Shown here: positions 39,232 to 48,591 of the stretch, one piece after another
Layout of the letters: each line of letters opens with the position of its first letter
How positions within the stretch are numbered: position 1 is the stretch's first letter
Made by a program: the position numbers and the translations under genes
Notes under the pieces: model-generated
Databases searched by the model: none
What the model was told of the DNA's origin: nothing
What the model saw: the letters and a program-made list of their open reading frames with translations, nothing else
Source of the DNA: an uncultured cyanobacterium
GTDB taxonomy: Bacteria > Cyanobacteriota > Cyanobacteriia > Cyanobacteriales > CAWCAG01
NCBI GenBank assembly: GCA_963793425.1
Contig: CAWCAG010000007.1
Span: forward strand, 864,001 to 928,000
DNA length: 64,000 nucleotides
Reading direction: 5' to 3'

Positions 39232-39809
39232 GGGTGGTGAAAATTAAAATGCAATTGAGAACTTGCATTGTACTAGCAGAGACTATCAGCTTGTTGCTCT
39301 TTACTCTAGCATTATCAGGTTGCCAGATGAGTCAAACAAGTACCTCAACTTCAACCACACCAGTAAGCAATATGACTGAATTACCAACTATTTTGAATGG
39401 CACTGACATTGATAACAATTTTCTTACAATCTCTGAGGCAATAGACAGAGGAATATATGAAGAGGATGAATTAAAGAAAATCCTACAGGCAAGAACCGAA
39501 GGTAAACAAGTGCGTATAATTGGGCAATATACTCAGGTAGATGTGAGAAAACGACCCAAGCCACCACCTCAATATCGTGGTAATGTAGCTGTGGTGTTAG
39601 AAGATAGACGCAAAGTCTATCTTTATCCTATGTGGCATCCTGAAGCGAAAAGACCATCTGAGGAAATTGCCCGATATGAAAATCAGCAAGTTATTATAGT
39701 CGGTAAAATAGTTCCGCGAGCGCCTGAATCTCCTGAGGCTACTGCAATGATAATCTCACCCTGTTTGCTAACCATTGATTCGATTGAGTTAGCAGACGAT
39801 GAAAATTAA
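39228..39809 (+). CDS. lipoprotein, candidate immunity protein
   Basis: LALSGC lipobox; ATGA overlap with the effector stop codon. Confidence 0.7.
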   Translation: MRVVKIKMQLRTCIVLAETISLLLFTLALSGCQMSQTSTSTSTTPVSNMTELPTILNGTDIDNNFLTISEAIDRGIYEEDELKKILQARTEGKQVRIIGQYTQVDVRKRPKPPPQYRGNVAVVLEDRRKVYLYPMWHPEAKRPSEEIARYENQQVIIVGKIVPRAPESPEATAMIISPCLLTIDSIELADDEN

Positions 39810-40218
39810 CCAACAACTAATTGCGTTTGCTTTCTTGGGCATCTTGCTAATTATTCCTACATCTGGATGTTGGGCATTGGGAAACAGATTTAAGTTTCAT
39901 GATGATCCAGATTTAATGGAAGAAGAGATTTCACAGTTTATACCAGTGGGTAGCTCTATCGACCAAGCTAAGAGAATCATGGAGAGTAATGGTTTCAAAT
40001 GTGAGTATAAGGAGAATCGTACTTTTTCTAAGGCAAGAGATGATCCTGATTTTCCTGGCGGTAAGTATACTACTTATAGAGGAGTAGATTATTTATCTTG
40101 TGATCGCAGCAAAATGGTAGCAGTTTTAAGAGAAAGAAGATGGAAAGTTGCAATAGTGCATGACGAGAATAGAGAGGTAACATTTATTTCTGTCAACATA
40201 GGCTTGACTGGACTCTAA
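39799..40218 (+). CDS. second small lipoprotein, candidate immunity protein
   Basis: Hydrophobic signal ending IPTSGC; PVGSSIDQAKRIMESNGFKC; overlaps the previous gene by 11 bp. Confidence 0.7.
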   Translation: MKINQQLIAFAFLGILLIIPTSGCWALGNRFKFHDDPDLMEEEISQFIPVGSSIDQAKRIMESNGFKCEYKENRTFSKARDDPDFPGGKYTTYRGVDYLSCDRSKMVAVLRERRWKVAIVHDENREVTFISVNIGLTGL

Positions 40219-40242
40219 AAGACAATCTGTGATCATTGTGTA

Positions 40243-41349
40243 ATGGACTCCTTCCAATCTTTATCTCCCCGAATTAAAGAAGTTATACAAAATTCAGTTC
40301 CCAATTACTGGCCGGAATTAAAATACATCCTAGAAGGATTTTGTCCAGAATCAATATCTCCTGAAGCCGTATTACCCTTAGCTTCTTGCCAAGCTGTTAA
40401 AGGCAACCCCCAAGAGGCCGTGGCTGTTTCTGCTGCCCTAATAACAGCTACAGCTTATGTCGATATTTTGGATAATTTAGAAGAGCAGGAGCAAGTCGAT
40501 ACAGCTAAGGCGAGAAATTATGCTGATGCTTTACACACCGTTTCTTTAGACATACTTACTGGAGAATCTTTCCAGACACCAGTATTCCAAAAAATAAGTC
40601 AATACTTTATCGATACTTTTTTAAAATTTACCGCAGGGAGAGATCGGGAATTAGTTGGGGATACGAATACAATAGAAGACTATTGGTTCACTATGGAATT
40701 GAAGTTTGCTTCTAGATATTCTACAGCTTGTGCTACTGGAGCAATGGTAGGAACAGAAAATCCTAAGTTGATTCAGGCTTGTAGTGCCTTTGGTTATCAT
40801 TTGGGACTTGCCCTACAAATCCTGAGAGAAACGAAATCTATTTGGCATCCTAACGGCATAACTGATTTGCAACGGGGAAAAATAACTCTTCCTTTGCTCT
40901 ACGGTTTGCAATCAGATCATTCCCAACGTGAACAACTTTTATCTCTAGTAACAACTAAGGAAATTGCTACCCATGCAGAGGAAATCAAAGCAATTCTAGA
41001 CAAAATAGATACCAAAGGTTTCTTAGTTTGGGCAGCTTTAAAAGAAAGGGAACAAGCCTTAGAAGCTATTAAGATTTGCCCTAACTCTGAAGGGAGAGAA
41101 ATCCTGGAATCTTACTTAAATGGAATGTTTGGGAATATTGATGAATTGCTAGAACATCAGCAACAAGAAACAGCAAAAGAAGAATCAAAACTGTTGTTAG
41201 TTGAACCAAGTCCCGAAGCTATCATTATGTACTATGAACAAACTAATACAGAAATCCGACCAGAAAGAGGTAACTGGATGGTGATAAATAAAGGTAATCA
41301 AGAAGAAATATTTGCACAACCATTAGGTTATGTACTTCTAGATAATTAA
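40243..41349 (+). CDS. polyprenyl-synthetase-fold protein with degenerate DDxxD motifs
   Basis: MELK.A...AC..GA, FGYHLGLALQI and DLQRGKITLPLLY; first motif reads ILDNLEE and second reads ILRETKS. Confidence 0.75.
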   Translation: MDSFQSLSPRIKEVIQNSVPNYWPELKYILEGFCPESISPEAVLPLASCQAVKGNPQEAVAVSAALITATAYVDILDNLEEQEQVDTAKARNYADALHTVSLDILTGESFQTPVFQKISQYFIDTFLKFTAGRDRELVGDTNTIEDYWFTMELKFASRYSTACATGAMVGTENPKLIQACSAFGYHLGLALQILRETKSIWHPNGITDLQRGKITLPLLYGLQSDHSQREQLLSLVTTKEIATHAEEIKAILDKIDTKGFLVWAALKEREQALEAIKICPNSEGREILESYLNGMFGNIDELLEHQQQETAKEESKLLLVEPSPEAIIMYYEQTNTEIRPERGNWMVINKGNQEEIFAQPLGYVLLDN

Positions 41350-42233
41350 TTCACGAAAGATTTATCATTCATGGTTGAACCAGAAAAGCTGCTTTCCTTG
41401 GTAGAAAAAAACGCTCAAGACAATCTGCAAGATAGCCGAGACTTGATTCAAATATGCCTCTAAGTTAGCAGGGACAGGACGTGCTTTAGTTTTAAGTAGC
41501 CATAGCTGTGAAGAAGTTCCTTTGGATATTTTAGGGAGGAGATTTATCCAAGTTGACTTAGTAGAAAAGGATGCGGCTACTATAGAAACAATTTCTCTAA
41601 AGCGTTCCTTGGGCAACCATACTTACACTTTCTACCAAGAAGATTTAACTGACATCATCACTAAGATTGCACCACAAGCAGAAAAAATAGCGGCAGCAGC
41701 ACCAGAATCCTTCATCCTGTTTACAAGAGTTGGCACAATTACTAATCTCCACACCACTTCATTTTTGGAAACCAAAACCGGAGCCAAAATACAACCTTAT
41801 TGTTTGCTCCGGAATACTTACCAAAATGCCAGCTTTGATACGACAGGAAATAGAATCTATTTTCCTACGTTACTTCCCTCAATACTTGTCTAACCTTACC
41901 TCTGATTCAAAGTGGCGGGAAGGAGTTTGGCAATTTGCGAGGAAACTCGAAGAAGCATTCCTCAATCACCTTGAATCCTTATTAGCCCATAATGGTAAGC
42001 TTTATTTATCAGATCAAGTCAAGGTTTGTTGGTTGCGTGTAGATGAATCAAACCAACTGCTAACTCAAGGAGCATGGCAAACTCTTGGTAAATTGAGTTT
42101 AGCTGACTATCTGCATCCAGAAGCGAAAGTTATTGAACAGGAGCAGAGGAAATGCTTTGTTAACAAACCCCAAGGAGATTACTGGGGGCGGTTGTCTTTG
42201 GTAGAGTCATTAATTTATTATTTTCCTAATTAA
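41350..42233 (+). pseudogene. frameshifted SAM-methyltransferase-like domain, probably once fused to or coupled with the prenyl-synthase gene
   Basis: The frame stays open after the TAA at 41347-41349 (FTKDLSFMVEPEK...). A second frame gives GTGRALVLSSHSCEEVPLDILGRRFIQVDLVEKD (Rossmann motif I/II-like). A third frame gives ...LLAHNGKLYLSD... Confidence 0.5.
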
Positions 42234-42351
42234 GATTACCTCACTCTCAAAGCATTTTTGAAGAGTATAGTTGATTTGATCAAGGTGGAAAAATCGCTTC
42301 AGCAGTTTTGTCACCTCAACCAGGCAAAAGCCTTGCTGCAACGATAAATGT

Positions 42352-43611
42352 TCAATGTTCAAAGTCTTTAGCGCAACGAAAACCAGCTAAAATTTGCCTC
42401 ACATTTGGATGATACCAGTTGCGGAAACTATTACGTAAAGCCCAAGGGCGAGTTGCCCAACTTCCCCCTTTTAAAACGCGATGTTGCCCATCAAAATAGG
42501 TTTGAGAATAACCTGGGTAAGGATAGCCAGTAAAACCTTCATAACCATCAAACCAGGTATTTGTCCACTCCCAAACATTACCCAACAAATCATAACAACC
42601 AAACTTACTTTTACCTTGGGGATAAGCATTAACGGGAGTAGTTTCTCCTCTTAAGTTATTGTGATTGCATCTTTGAGGTTGAGGGAAATCTTCACCCCAA
42701 GGATAAACAGGCTTTTCTTTTGTATTGGAAGTTCCCATTGCAGCTTTTTCCCACTCTGCTTCTGTAGGTAATCTTTTCCCCAAAAAACGGGCATAGGCAT
42801 CAGCTTCATACCAACTGATACCACAAACCGTACGAATACTATTTTTTAGCTCATCTGACCAGTATAAAGGTTGCTTAACGGGATTGGTTTGTAACCATTG
42901 CCAACCAAGTTTAGACCACCATCGGCAATTTTGATAACCACCTGCGTTGATAAATTCCTGGTATTGACTACAAGTAACCGGGTAAGTATCCATCCAGTAA
43001 CTATCTAAACAAATTTCCTGGGCAGGGCGTTCGTTATCTTGGGCTTCAATGCAGTTACTTCCCATCATAAACTTCCCTTCAGGAATTTTCACCATTGTAG
43101 AAGAAAGATTTTCTCTTTCGGTATCTAAGTTAAGAGAATAATAATTATTACCTCGCAACATTTTCAAAATGAAGATAATAGTTTCATTGTGTTGACATTC
43201 ATGTTGAATTAACCAATACCAAAGACGTTCCTCTTCTTCTAAAGGAGCTGTGGTTAAGTAAGTTAAAACCTTTTCCCTAACAATATCTAAATAATCCTTA
43301 ATAACAGCATAACTAGGTAAGTTTTGCCGTTCTACTTTTGGCAAACCATCAGCAGCAAATAATCGTTGATATTGAGGATATAAAGTAGGAAATTTAGCAC
43401 AACCTGCCAAAATCCAATAAGCTTCAGTATAAGCAATATGTCCTAAATGCCAACCTACTGGACTAAAATCGCCATGTGCCTGTTGACAGAAAGTTTTAGC
43501 ATCAAGATCAGCAAACAAATCTATGGTTTGCTCACGACATTGTTGTAAAGCTTCGGCGATCGCTTCTCGTTTAGAGTTGATGGATAGTAACTTCAAGATT
43601 TTCCTCGACAA
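42352..43611 (-). CDS. egtB: ergothioneine biosynthesis sulfoxide synthase
   Basis: SPVGWHLGH, HECQHNE (HxxxHxE), FGE-sulfatase domain with RLPTEAEWEKAA and RNSFRNWY; next to egtC. Confidence 0.9.
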   Translation of the reverse strand: MSRKILKLLSINSKREAIAEALQQCREQTIDLFADLDAKTFCQQAHGDFSPVGWHLGHIAYTEAYWILAGCAKFPTLYPQYQRLFAADGLPKVERQNLPSYAVIKDYLDIVREKVLTYLTTAPLEEEERLWYWLIQHECQHNETIIFILKMLRGNNYYSLNLDTERENLSSTMVKIPEGKFMMGSNCIEAQDNERPAQEICLDSYWMDTYPVTCSQYQEFINAGGYQNCRWWSKLGWQWLQTNPVKQPLYWSDELKNSIRTVCGISWYEADAYARFLGKRLPTEAEWEKAAMGTSNTKEKPVYPWGEDFPQPQRCNHNNLRGETTPVNAYPQGKSKFGCYDLLGNVWEWTNTWFDGYEGFTGYPYPGYSQTYFDGQHRVLKGGSWATRPWALRNSFRNWYHPNVRQILAGFRCAKDFEH

Positions 43612-44359
43612 TAATCAGGCTTTGTTCAGGGCAACTTTTCCAGTTTCCTGCAAATAGGGGTTCAGAAGCAATAATTACCGCATCAGGATAATGAGGATCG
43701 TCTTTTAGCCAGTATAAAGAAGGGGCAGGGGAACGGTTTGCGTAGCGAGAAGCAACCAACTTTTTCCCTGTAGAGATAAGCGTATTAGCAGAAAAAAGCA
43801 CTTTAGGATTACTTGCTAATTGCTTGATTTGATGAAGAGTTTTGTCTAAAGCTGTTTCTAAGCTCATTTCTGGGTTGAGTTGCAAATGATTAATAATTAA
43901 AGCGAAAATATGTTCGGAATCAGTATTACCGTCAATCAATTCATAACTATAATCATCTAAACTATTGCGAATATCGCGATACAAACTGTGGCGAAAGTTA
44001 TGAATAAAACCATTGTGAAGAAAGAGAAGTTTTTCTTGTTCAAAAGGTTGACAATTACTTAAATCTACCGCTAAACCAGCAGTGGCGCTGCGTACATAAC
44101 CTAAGATACATCCTGACTCCACATAGCGACTAAGCTGGGGTAAGTTAATATCACTCCAAATAGGCAAAATGTTTTTATAGGTAAAAGGGGTAGTATCTTC
44201 ATCTTTGTGATACCAACCTAAGCCAAAACCATCAGCATTAACTGTTGCTGAGATCATTTCCTGGGGTTTGTAGCTTTGTACAATTAAGGAATGTTCTGGT
44301 TTAGAAAGAATTTTTTCTAACTTTAAAGGTGAACCAAGATAGCCTAATATTCGGCACAT
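43571..44359 (-). CDS. egtC: ergothioneine biosynthesis class II glutamine amidotransferase-like hydrolase
   Basis: MCRILGY, NADGFGLGWY, VRSAT, HNG, TDSE and ASEPL motifs. Confidence 0.92.
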   Translation of the reverse strand: MCRILGYLGSPLKLEKILSKPEHSLIVQSYKPQEMISATVNADGFGLGWYHKDEDTTPFTYKNILPIWSDINLPQLSRYVESGCILGYVRSATAGLAVDLSNCQPFEQEKLLFLHNGFIHNFRHSLYRDIRNSLDDYSYELIDGNTDSEHIFALIINHLQLNPEMSLETALDKTLHQIKQLASNPKVLFSANTLISTGKKLVASRYANRSPAPSLYWLKDDPHYPDAVIIASEPLFAGNWKSCPEQSLIIVEENLEVTIHQL

Positions 44360-44428
44360 AGTTTGGGTGATAAGTAATAAGTAAAAGGGTTTTGCTAAAG
44401 TATTTACAAGTAAATTGTGCCTGTGATT

Positions 44429-44767
44429 TTAATTGTCAGGAGGAACTCTAGATTTTAGTTCTTCAATTAAAGTTGGTATTTAATCTTGAACCACATTCCA
44501 AACAATATTGAGATTAACATCATCATATTCATGTACTAACCTATTTCGCATTCCATTAATTTCCTGCCAAGCAATAGTTGGTATGCCTTGACGTGTTGTC
44601 TCCGAAATACGCCTTGCAGCTTCAGCAATTATTAATAACCGTCGAATTACTGCATCTTGAAGTTGCACATTTTCCATAAATTCTTGTTTGGAGCATTAAG
44701 CAGTATACTGAATGATTAGTTCTGCTGATTGCAGCATATCAAGCAGAAACTGAATTTGTCGTTGCAT
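44429..44767 (-). pseudogene. HepT/DUF86 (HEPN) RNase toxin with two in-frame nonsense codons
   Basis: Reading from ATG 44767: MQRQIQFLLDMLQSAELIIQYTA*CSKQEFMENV...GMRNRLVHEY...VVQD*IPTLIEELKSRVPPDN*; the RxxxxH motif is retained. Confidence 0.85.
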
Positions 44768-45071
44768 AAATAACCTTAGCAGAAGATAAAATTTCGCGAC
44801 GACGCAAATAATTACGACTGGCTTCAATTCCCTGTCGGGTGATTAAATCTACTTCTCGCTCAAACAACGTCTTTAATTCAGCTTCCATTTGTTCTAAACC
44901 AGAAAAACTAATGTGGGCGTAGGGATGAAATTTGACCATAATATCAATGTCACTATCAGAACGAAAATCCTCTCGTAAGATAGAACCAAATAAAGCAAAT
45001 TCAGTCACTTGCCAACGCTCACAAAAATCTTTTATTTTCTCCATCGGTAGTTGAATATTATTGAGATTCAT
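44739..45071 (-). CDS. MntA-type minimal nucleotidyltransferase antitoxin
   Basis: LFGSILREDFRSDSDIDI and REVDL; overlaps the HEPN gene start. Confidence 0.9.
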   Translation of the reverse strand: MNLNNIQLPMEKIKDFCERWQVTEFALFGSILREDFRSDSDIDIMVKFHPYAHISFSGLEQMEAELKTLFEREVDLITRQGIEASRNYLRRREILSSAKVIYATTNSVSA

Positions 45072-46625
45072 CTAATTTTTATACCCAGTATTACAGTATG
45101 GATGGGTGATTTGTCCGTTATCTACGATAGCTAATCCCCCGTCTTGCTTACGTTGTTTGTGATCTATAGAAATCGAGTTTCTATGGATAAATCCGTTACA
45201 AATTCTACACCGAGGTGCTTTAGATAATGCATCTTTAATGTAAATCTCGCTCTTTTTATTTGTATCAAAATCCTGTTTGTATGAATTATTTTGTTTGATT
45301 AATTTAGGCATAGTCAGGTAATTTAAATCTTTTTCTGACAAAATATTATCTATAATATTTTTTATGGTTGTTCCACAGTCTAGACCGATAATCACCTTCC
45401 AGAATAAATTAGATATAGGTTTATAACTCTTCTGAACACTTCTTTTTTTTGCCAGTATTTGCTGAACTAGATAATCGTAATTGAGAAGGAAATTTTCAAA
45501 GTTATCCCTGACATTAATAAACATATTAAGCTTTTTCTTTTGATCTAACTCTATTATGAGATCCACCATAGATAGAAAAAGCACTGTTCTGTATCTTCCT
45601 TCTTTTGAATAGAAATATACAATTGGATGCAAACCTAAAGATGAGGGATGATTGCTACTCAGTTTGTAAGCAACTTTTTTAGTCTTTTCCAACAACTCTA
45701 TAGTTTTTTCTCCTGTTGTATCATCATTAAGTCCTTTATTCTTGAAGTCTATCTTATTAACTATATTAATAAAATCTAAAATTAGGCATAAAGTTTGGTT
45801 AGAATAGGACTTTCCAGCTAGTGGGACATCTAATGTTTTAATTGGAGTTTGTAGCTTAGGTTCAAAAAGTATTCGATTTATTTCTTCTGCTATTTTTTGT
45901 ATTTGACTCTGGTTTTCTTTGGAAAAAGATGACCAATACTTATGACCTTTACCACCTCTAATTATGGCTCGTGCAGCTATACTATTAGGCTTTCTTCTAG
46001 ATTCAAGAAGTTTTAGCTCTGTTTTATCAATTGGTGCGTGTTGTTGATTGATTTTGAAATATGAGTTTTCAGCTTTGCTAGAATCTCCCTCTACCCATTG
46101 AAGCTGAATTGCTAATGCAGCTAGGTTCTTAGCATATTTAATAACTTCTGGTTTGACTTTGTCAGGGTGTCTGTGAGCAAGCCTAAAATCACTATATGAG
46201 CCAACTATTTTATTGACCATATTTCTTGTTTTATTAGCGATGTCTTTTTGTTCATCAGGAATTATCCCATCATAAAAATCTTTTGAGGTGTCGCCATCTC
46301 CATAATCATCATTTACCCAAGCAGATAGGGAACTTAATCTATGGCTACCATCTATTACAAATAAATAACCGCTTGTACTTCGCCATAAAATAATAGCTGG
46401 TATTAAATCACCTTCAATGAAACTTTTTATAAGTTCAGATATTCTTTTTTCATCCCATTCGTTTGTTTCTCTCTGAAAATCTGGCTTCCTAATATTTAAA
46501 AAGAAAAATGAATCTGCTTTAATATCTTCAATAGAAATTGTTTCTTTTTTCTTGCCTGGATTGGTATTTTCTTCTACCTCAAAGTCTTCTCTGGGAATTA
46601 AAGCATCTAAATTTACTTTGGCCAT
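45072..46625 (-). CDS. DUF262 (ParB-like/GmrS) domain plus C-terminal HNH endonuclease, putative restriction/defence protein
   Basis: KPDFQRE..W, IPAIILW and VIDGSHRL; C-terminal CRIC...IDH....DGG....N.Q.TH..CN. Confidence 0.82.
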   Translation of the reverse strand: MAKVNLDALIPREDFEVEENTNPGKKKETISIEDIKADSFFFLNIRKPDFQRETNEWDEKRISELIKSFIEGDLIPAIILWRSTSGYLFVIDGSHRLSSLSAWVNDDYGDGDTSKDFYDGIIPDEQKDIANKTRNMVNKIVGSYSDFRLAHRHPDKVKPEVIKYAKNLAALAIQLQWVEGDSSKAENSYFKINQQHAPIDKTELKLLESRRKPNSIAARAIIRGGKGHKYWSSFSKENQSQIQKIAEEINRILFEPKLQTPIKTLDVPLAGKSYSNQTLCLILDFINIVNKIDFKNKGLNDDTTGEKTIELLEKTKKVAYKLSSNHPSSLGLHPIVYFYSKEGRYRTVLFLSMVDLIIELDQKKKLNMFINVRDNFENFLLNYDYLVQQILAKKRSVQKSYKPISNLFWKVIIGLDCGTTIKNIIDNILSEKDLNYLTMPKLIKQNNSYKQDFDTNKKSEIYIKDALSKAPRCRICNGFIHRNSISIDHKQRKQDGGLAIVDNGQITHPYCNTGYKN

Positions 46626-46682
46626 GATTGTTTTATAAAATATTTAAACTTTAGATAGTCTGTAAGTAACAGCGAATTTGAT

Positions 46683-46941
46683 GGGAGCATCTCAGTCTTA
46701 CAAAAATACCGAGATTAGGAAAAATAAAAGAGAAAATATTATCGCGTAGAGGCAACCCATCTTCGTTGTTTTAGCCACTGACAAACCCAACTAATTGGGT
46801 TGCCCTTAACGGGAATTAAGTACAGGGTAGGCGACCCAAGATAGTCAAACATTAGGTGGAATTTGAGGGTGTAAGCGGGTCGCCTCTAAAAATAATCTTG
46901 TTTTTTAAATAAGCGCGTTTTTACAAATATGAGATGCGCCC
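46683..46941. mobile_element. MITE with 12-bp terminal inverted repeats and an 8-bp target-site duplication
   Basis: GGGAGCATCTCA ... TGAGATGCGCCC, flanked by AATTTGAT and AATTTAAT. Confidence 0.78.
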
Positions 46942-47005
46942 AATTTAATGTACTTTGATACTCAGCAAATGAATCCAATTAACATCATAGACAATCTAGA
47001 CAATT

Positions 47006-47953
47006 TTAATCTGCACTCATTTTTTGGGAAATAACTTCACTTACTAATTGATTCCCCGCAACACTAAGATGAATATGATCACGATAAAGGGATTTTGGAG
47101 AATCTGCTTGATTAAATGGGGTCAAAAAATTAATGTATTCAATATTTTGGGACTTAGTAAATTCTAACAACCTTTCTCTGGCTTTAACTTCGTAATCCCT
47201 CGGCCCCGACTCTCCTAACTCTCGTAGCAAAGGAGTCATGGCTAAAACAAACCTTGCCCCCTTTTCATTACTAAAACTTTTAATCTTGGCGATCGCCTCT
47301 AAATTAAATCCCACGCGATCGCCTCCTTCTTTTTGAATTTCTTTCATGCCAGGAATAGGTTGGGGAGAGATGAAGTAGCGGTTGTAAACTTCAACTAAAG
47401 CTAAGGGTGGCTTTTGGTTGGGGTAATTGCGATCGCGCCCTACAGGTAGAGAGGTGGGGGCTGTGGCAAAGAGATCGTCGGTATTAATTAAGAGGATTAA
47501 AACTTGGGATTCATAAGTACCCAATTTCTGCACATAAGCTAACTGATTACGTGGCCCCCAAGAATTAGCTGAAGCGTTAAGGACTTCAATTTCTTGGTTT
47601 GTAGCAACAGAAGCTAGTTGCTCTCTAATTAAAGCAGAAATAGTCTTCTTTTGGTCAGTCCACCAGCCTCCATTAGCCACAGAATCTCCCAACAGAAGTA
47701 ATCTTCGAGTATTTTGAGAGGGTTTTGCTGTCACCTCACCACTCCGCATAGAATAATCATTAATCTCAATATAATTGCCCATGCGTCGTAGTTTTTGTTT
47801 CGGGGCAAGTAAATAGCCAATTTCTTCATCGGCGATATAAAGAGGAGGATTACCAAAGCCAAACAGTAACCGCAATCCAACTTCAGCGATCGCAACCAAG
47901 CAGACACTAATAGCGACAATAATCAGCAAAATTTGCACTTTAACATTTATCAT
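47006..47953 (-). CDS. SGNH/GDSL hydrolase family protein
   Basis: LLGDS, NASANSWG, NTDD and DHIHLSVAGN; N-terminal membrane anchor. Confidence 0.88.
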   Translation of the reverse strand: MINVKVQILLIIVAISVCLVAIAEVGLRLLFGFGNPPLYIADEEIGYLLAPKQKLRRMGNYIEINDYSMRSGEVTAKPSQNTRRLLLLGDSVANGGWWTDQKKTISALIREQLASVATNQEIEVLNASANSWGPRNQLAYVQKLGTYESQVLILLINTDDLFATAPTSLPVGRDRNYPNQKPPLALVEVYNRYFISPQPIPGMKEIQKEGGDRVGFNLEAIAKIKSFSNEKGARFVLAMTPLLRELGESGPRDYEVKARERLLEFTKSQNIEYINFLTPFNQADSPKSLYRDHIHLSVAGNQLVSEVISQKMSAD

Positions 47954-48096
47954 TTATCAAGAAGGTTGTTTGTAAGGCTAATTTTTATAGTTGACAATAA
48001 TTATAAAAATTAGCTCGGTATAACTCAGCTTGCCCACTGACGTGAGTAAGGATTAAGCATCTCAAAAACAGTTGAGTTAATCAACATTAATGAGTG

Positions 48097-48174
48097 ACTT
48101 TAGACTTTGTACGGGCGAGGGGGCATTCGCCCCTAACTTTAAACTTTGTACGGGCGAAGGGCCCTTCGCCCCTT
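48097..48174. repeat. two tandem 39-bp REP-like palindromic units
   Basis: actttaractttgtacgggcga-(ggggg/agggc)..ttcgcccct occurs twice; each unit has a GGGCGA..TCGCCC hairpin. Confidence 0.8.
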
Positions 48175-48180
48175 TTAATT

Positions 48181-48543
48181 ATGGCTTCAGCAACAAACGT
48201 TTTAGGTAGCGATCTACAGATGTGTTGTACCTCTCCCATGACAGGATTTTATCGGGATGGTACGTGTAACACCGGATCAGGAGATATGGGCGCACATATC
48301 GTTTGCGCCCAAGTTACAGAAGAGTTTTTGAAATTTTCCAAAGCCAGGGGCAATGATCTTAGCACTCCTCATCCTGCCTACCAATTTCCTGGGCTTAAAC
48401 CAGGGGATTGCTGGTGTTTATGTGCTTCCCGTTGGCAAGAAGCCCTTGAAGCTGGTGTTGCCCCGCTAGTAAAATTAGAATCAACCCATGCTTTAGCTTT
48501 GGAATATGTGAGTTTAGCAGATTTAAAAGCCCATGCTTTATGA
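48181..48543 (+). CDS. DUF2237 family protein
   Basis: NVLG..L..CC..PMTGFYRDG.C.TG..D.G.H.VCA, GNDLSTP and WCLCASRW; start moved to ATG 48181 because the longer ORF reads through the REP repeats. Confidence 0.88.
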   Translation: MASATNVLGSDLQMCCTSPMTGFYRDGTCNTGSGDMGAHIVCAQVTEEFLKFSKARGNDLSTPHPAYQFPGLKPGDCWCLCASRWQEALEAGVAPLVKLESTHALALEYVSLADLKAHAL

Positions 48544-48591
48544 GTAATATTCTGATCAAACAGATTGGAAAATTGAATACCCAAAATAGTT

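Noticed and set aside
44480..44677. 65-aa ORF as a functional mini-HEPN toxin
   Set aside because: It is the segment between two nonsense codons of a 113-codon gene and lacks the N- and C-terminal helices; treated as a pseudogene.
48094..48180. Duplicated N-terminal peptide TLDFVRARGHSPL on the DUF2237 ORF; possible mini-CRISPR
   Set aside because: It is a 39-bp tandem REP-like pair with no spacer; no cas genes or repeat-spacer array were seen in the window.
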